A stretch of DNA of 62,171 nt, the filler included. It is 5 parts of 5 records of this genome, joined end to end, with 100 filler letters (N's around TTAATTAATTAA, not from the genome) between each part and the next. Parts side by side here need not be neighbours in the genome. Positions count along the whole stretch, not along the records: positions 56,559 to 62,171 come from SRR2962707_1520; 4 more parts are not named here. One strand, 5' to 3'. How positions within the stretch are numbered: the stretch's first letter is position 1; each line of letters begins with the position of its first letter. Below the pieces are notes generated by a model that did no database searches, was not told the origin of the DNA, and saw only the letters and a list, made by a program, of their open reading frames with translations. This document shows, piece after piece, positions 59,968 to 62,171 of the stretch. The position numbers and the translations under genes were made by a program.

Positions 59968-60953
59968 TTCCCCACGGTACGCATGCCTTCCTCGCCATAA
60001 CGTTCACCGGCGGCGCCGTGGCGGGGAAAGATCGCATCCAGCCGCGCCAGTTCCTCGTCGCTCAGCCGCACCTCCAGCGCCGCCAGATTCTCCTGCAGAT
60101 AGCGGCGGCGCTTGGTACCGAACAGGGCGATCACATCATCGCCCCGGGCCAGCACCCAGGCCAGCGCCAACTGTGACGGCAATACCTGTTTCTGTTCCGC
60201 CAGGGCATGCACCTGATCCACCAGGTCCAGGTTGCGCTGGAAATTCTCGCCCTGGAAACGCGGATTGTGGCGGCGAAAATCCCCTTCCTCGAAATCCTCC
60301 GGCGAGCGGATCGCACCGGTGAGAAACCCCCGCCCCAGCGGACTGTAGGCGACAAAGCTGATGCCCAGTTCACGACAGGTGTCCAACACCCCGTCTTCCG
60401 GATCCCGCGTCCACAGGGAGTATTCACTCTGCAGGGCACTGATGGGATGTACCGCCTGCGCCCGGCGCAGGGTATCCGGCGCCGCCTCGCTCAAACCGAG
60501 GTAGCGGACCTTCCCTTCCCGCACCAGATCGGCCATGGCGCCGACGGTGTCCTCGATCGGCACTTGCGGATCCACCCGGTGCTGGTAATACAGATCGATG
60601 GTCTCCACGCCCAGACGGCGCAGGCTGCCTTCCACTGATCCGCGCACGTAATCCGGGGAGCCATTGATACCACGGGCATGCGGATCCGAAGGATCACGGA
60701 CGATGCCGAATTTGGTGGCCAGGAATACCTGATCACGCTTGCCGGCGATGGCGCGTCCCACCAGTTCTTCATTGGTGTGCGGTCCATACATGTCGGCGGT
60801 ATCGATCAGGGTGACGTCCTTCTCCAAGGCCGCGTGCAAGGTGGCGATGGATTCCCGGTCATCCCGGTCTCCATAGAAATCACTCATGCCCATGCAGCCC
60901 AGACCCAGCGCCGATACCAGCGGACCGTCCCGGCCCAGTCGTCGTTGTTGCAT
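59964..60953 (-). CDS. Aldo/keto reductase
   Basis: [45 protein letters not shown] 60953 after GAGGAG. Confidence 0.95.
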   Translation of the reverse strand: MQQRRLGRDGPLVSALGLGCMGMSDFYGDRDDRESIATLHAALEKDVTLIDTADMYGPHTNEELVGRAIAGKRDQVFLATKFGIVRDPSDPHARGINGSPDYVRGSVEGSLRRLGVETIDLYYQHRVDPQVPIEDTVGAMADLVREGKVRYLGLSEAAPDTLRRAQAVHPISALQSEYSLWTRDPEDGVLDTCRELGISFVAYSPLGRGFLTGAIRSPEDFEEGDFRRHNPRFQGENFQRNLDLVDQVHALAEQKQVLPSQLALAWVLARGDDVIALFGTKRRRYLQENLAALEVRLSDEELARLDAIFPRHGAAGERYGEEGMRTVGN

Positions 60954-61056
60954 CTTCATGCTCCTCAACAGACACGCTCTTTGCATTGAAAGGAAACAGA
61001 CCGGCACAGTGTGTTCGTTCAGATGGTGGCCGATAAAGCGGCATTCGTGATTAACT

Positions 61057-61077
61057 CTGTTCACGATTTCTGAACAG
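61057..61077. promoter_or_regulatory. LysR-type binding box
   Basis: CTGTTCA-N7-TGAACAG perfect inverted repeat containing T-N11-A, between divergent AKR and LysR genes. Confidence 0.65.
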
Positions 61078-61089
61078 TGTTGTGTCTCT

Positions 61090-62004
61090 ATGGATCGTCT
61101 GCGCGCCATGGAAATCTTTGTCCGGGTGGTGGATGCCGGTAATTTCACCCGGGCCGCGGAAACCCTGTCACTGCCCAAGGCCACGGTGAGCACCGCGGTG
61201 CGGCAACTGGAAGATCATCTTGGTGTGCGGCTGCTGCACCGCACCACCCGGCGGGTGTCCCTGACTCTGGACGGCGGCGCCTATTACGAACGCTGCCTTC
61301 ATCTGCTGGAAGAACTGGCGGACACCGAGGCCCTGTTCACCGACGGCCACCGGCCATCCGGACGGTTGCGCGTCAATCTGCCGGCCAGGCCCGCGCGGCT
61401 GGTGATACTGCCCCGGCTGAGGGCGTTCTGTGACCGCTACCCGGAGATCCATCTGGAACTGGGCATCAACGACCGGCTGGTGGATCTGGTCCAGGAAGGT
61501 GTGGACTGCGCGCTGCGCGTTGGCGAACTGCCCGATTCCAGTCTGGTGGCCCGGCGTCTGGGTTACCTCACCGAGATCAGTTGCGCCTCGCCGGATTACC
61601 TGGCCCGGCATGGCACGCCGGAAACCCCCGGAGACCTTGCCCGTCACCAGGTCATTATCTATCACTCCGGCCGCACAGGACGACCGCTGCCCTGGGAATA
61701 CACCGAGCACGGCCGGATCCACGAATGCCAGCCGGAAGGCCGCCTTACCGTGGACAATTCCGAGGCTTACATCAGCGCCGCCCTGGCCGGCTTCGGTCTG
61801 GTGCAAGTGCCGCTGTACTCCGTTCGTCCCCATCTCAACGGCGGCGAATTGGTGGAAGTGCTGGCGGACTATCGGCCGGCGCCAAGCCCGGTGTCGGTAG
61901 TGTACGCACACCACCGGCACCGCTCGTCCAAGGTTCGCGCCTTCGTCGATTGGCTGGAGCAGACGCTGCGCGACCTCCCGGGTCTGGAACGTCATCCGCC
62001 CTAG
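61090..62004 (+). CDS. LysR family regulator (CrgA-like)
   Basis: [46 protein letters not shown]. Confidence 0.95.
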   Translation: MDRLRAMEIFVRVVDAGNFTRAAETLSLPKATVSTAVRQLEDHLGVRLLHRTTRRVSLTLDGGAYYERCLHLLEELADTEALFTDGHRPSGRLRVNLPARPARLVILPRLRAFCDRYPEIHLELGINDRLVDLVQEGVDCALRVGELPDSSLVARRLGYLTEISCASPDYLARHGTPETPGDLARHQVIIYHSGRTGRPLPWEYTEHGRIHECQPEGRLTVDNSEAYISAALAGFGLVQVPLYSVRPHLNGGELVEVLADYRPAPSPVSVVYAHHRHRSSKVRAFVDWLEQTLRDLPGLERHPP

Positions 62005-62026
62005 CGGCCGCGATCAGCGCGATCCG

Positions 62027-62171
62027 CTAACCGTGCAACAGGTTCGCCTGACGCAGGCGGTCACGGATCCGATCCAGCGCCTCGGGGTTGGCCAGGGCAT
62101 CGCGGTTATCGCCACGGGCAGCACCGTTGAGCAGCCCGGCCACCGCCAGCTCCACCTTCTTGCCACTACGG
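62027..62171 (-). CDS. Acetoacetate-CoA ligase-like AMP-binding enzyme, C-terminal fragment
   Basis: Minus frame reads RSGKKVELAV...ALANPEALD...LLHG-stop (TAG 62029-62027). Confidence 0.75.
   Translation of the reverse strand, partial: RSGKKVELAVAGLLNGAARGDNRDALANPEALDRIRDRLRQANLLHG

Noticed and set aside
56559-62171. Last contig as a novel system
   Set aside because: Common stress and housekeeping families (DUF883, OsmC, crotonase, LysR, AKR) in unremarkable arrangement.

Overview
This window is not one locus. It is five unrelated contigs joined by artificial 100-nt linkers (44 N + TTAATTAATTAA + 44 N). (1) 1-30058 is a Roseobacter/Rhodobacteraceae-like contig. It carries a probable formate-dehydrogenase accessory cluster (DUF6494-like, Mrp/ApbC, biotin-ligase-like, DUF6505-like), tungstate ABC transporter tupBCA, a purine/pteridine-type scavenging operon (NMT1/THI5 ABC transporter, amidohydrolase, two 2OG-Fe(II) oxygenases, alpha/beta hydrolase, divergent Zn deaminase), kefC, a gamma-butyrobetaine/carnitine catabolic operon and the N-methylglutamate methylamine pathway (gmaS, mgsABC, soxB/mgdA) with regulators. 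(2) 30159-38901 is a high-GC alphaproteobacterial contig: peptide-type ABC ATPase, serine hydrolase, anmK, GNAT, then LacI, FAD oxidoreductase and a sugar ABC transporter. (3) 39002-48595 is eukaryotic, with intron-containing convergent CMTR1-like and WDHD1/Ctf4-like genes. (4) 48696-56458 holds two back-to-back hydantoinase/oxoprolinase-family systems. (5) 56559-62171 is an ordinary gammaproteobacterial-like region. The best signal lies outside the ORF track: two xanthine-riboswitch (NMT1 motif)-like aptamers in the same operon. One is in the operon leader (12504-12542). The other is an internal variant with compensatory changes (8317-8361) in front of the paired oxygenases. Each is followed by a small upstream ORF overlapping the regulated start codon. 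Family and taxon calls are from motif recognition and recall only; no searches were run.
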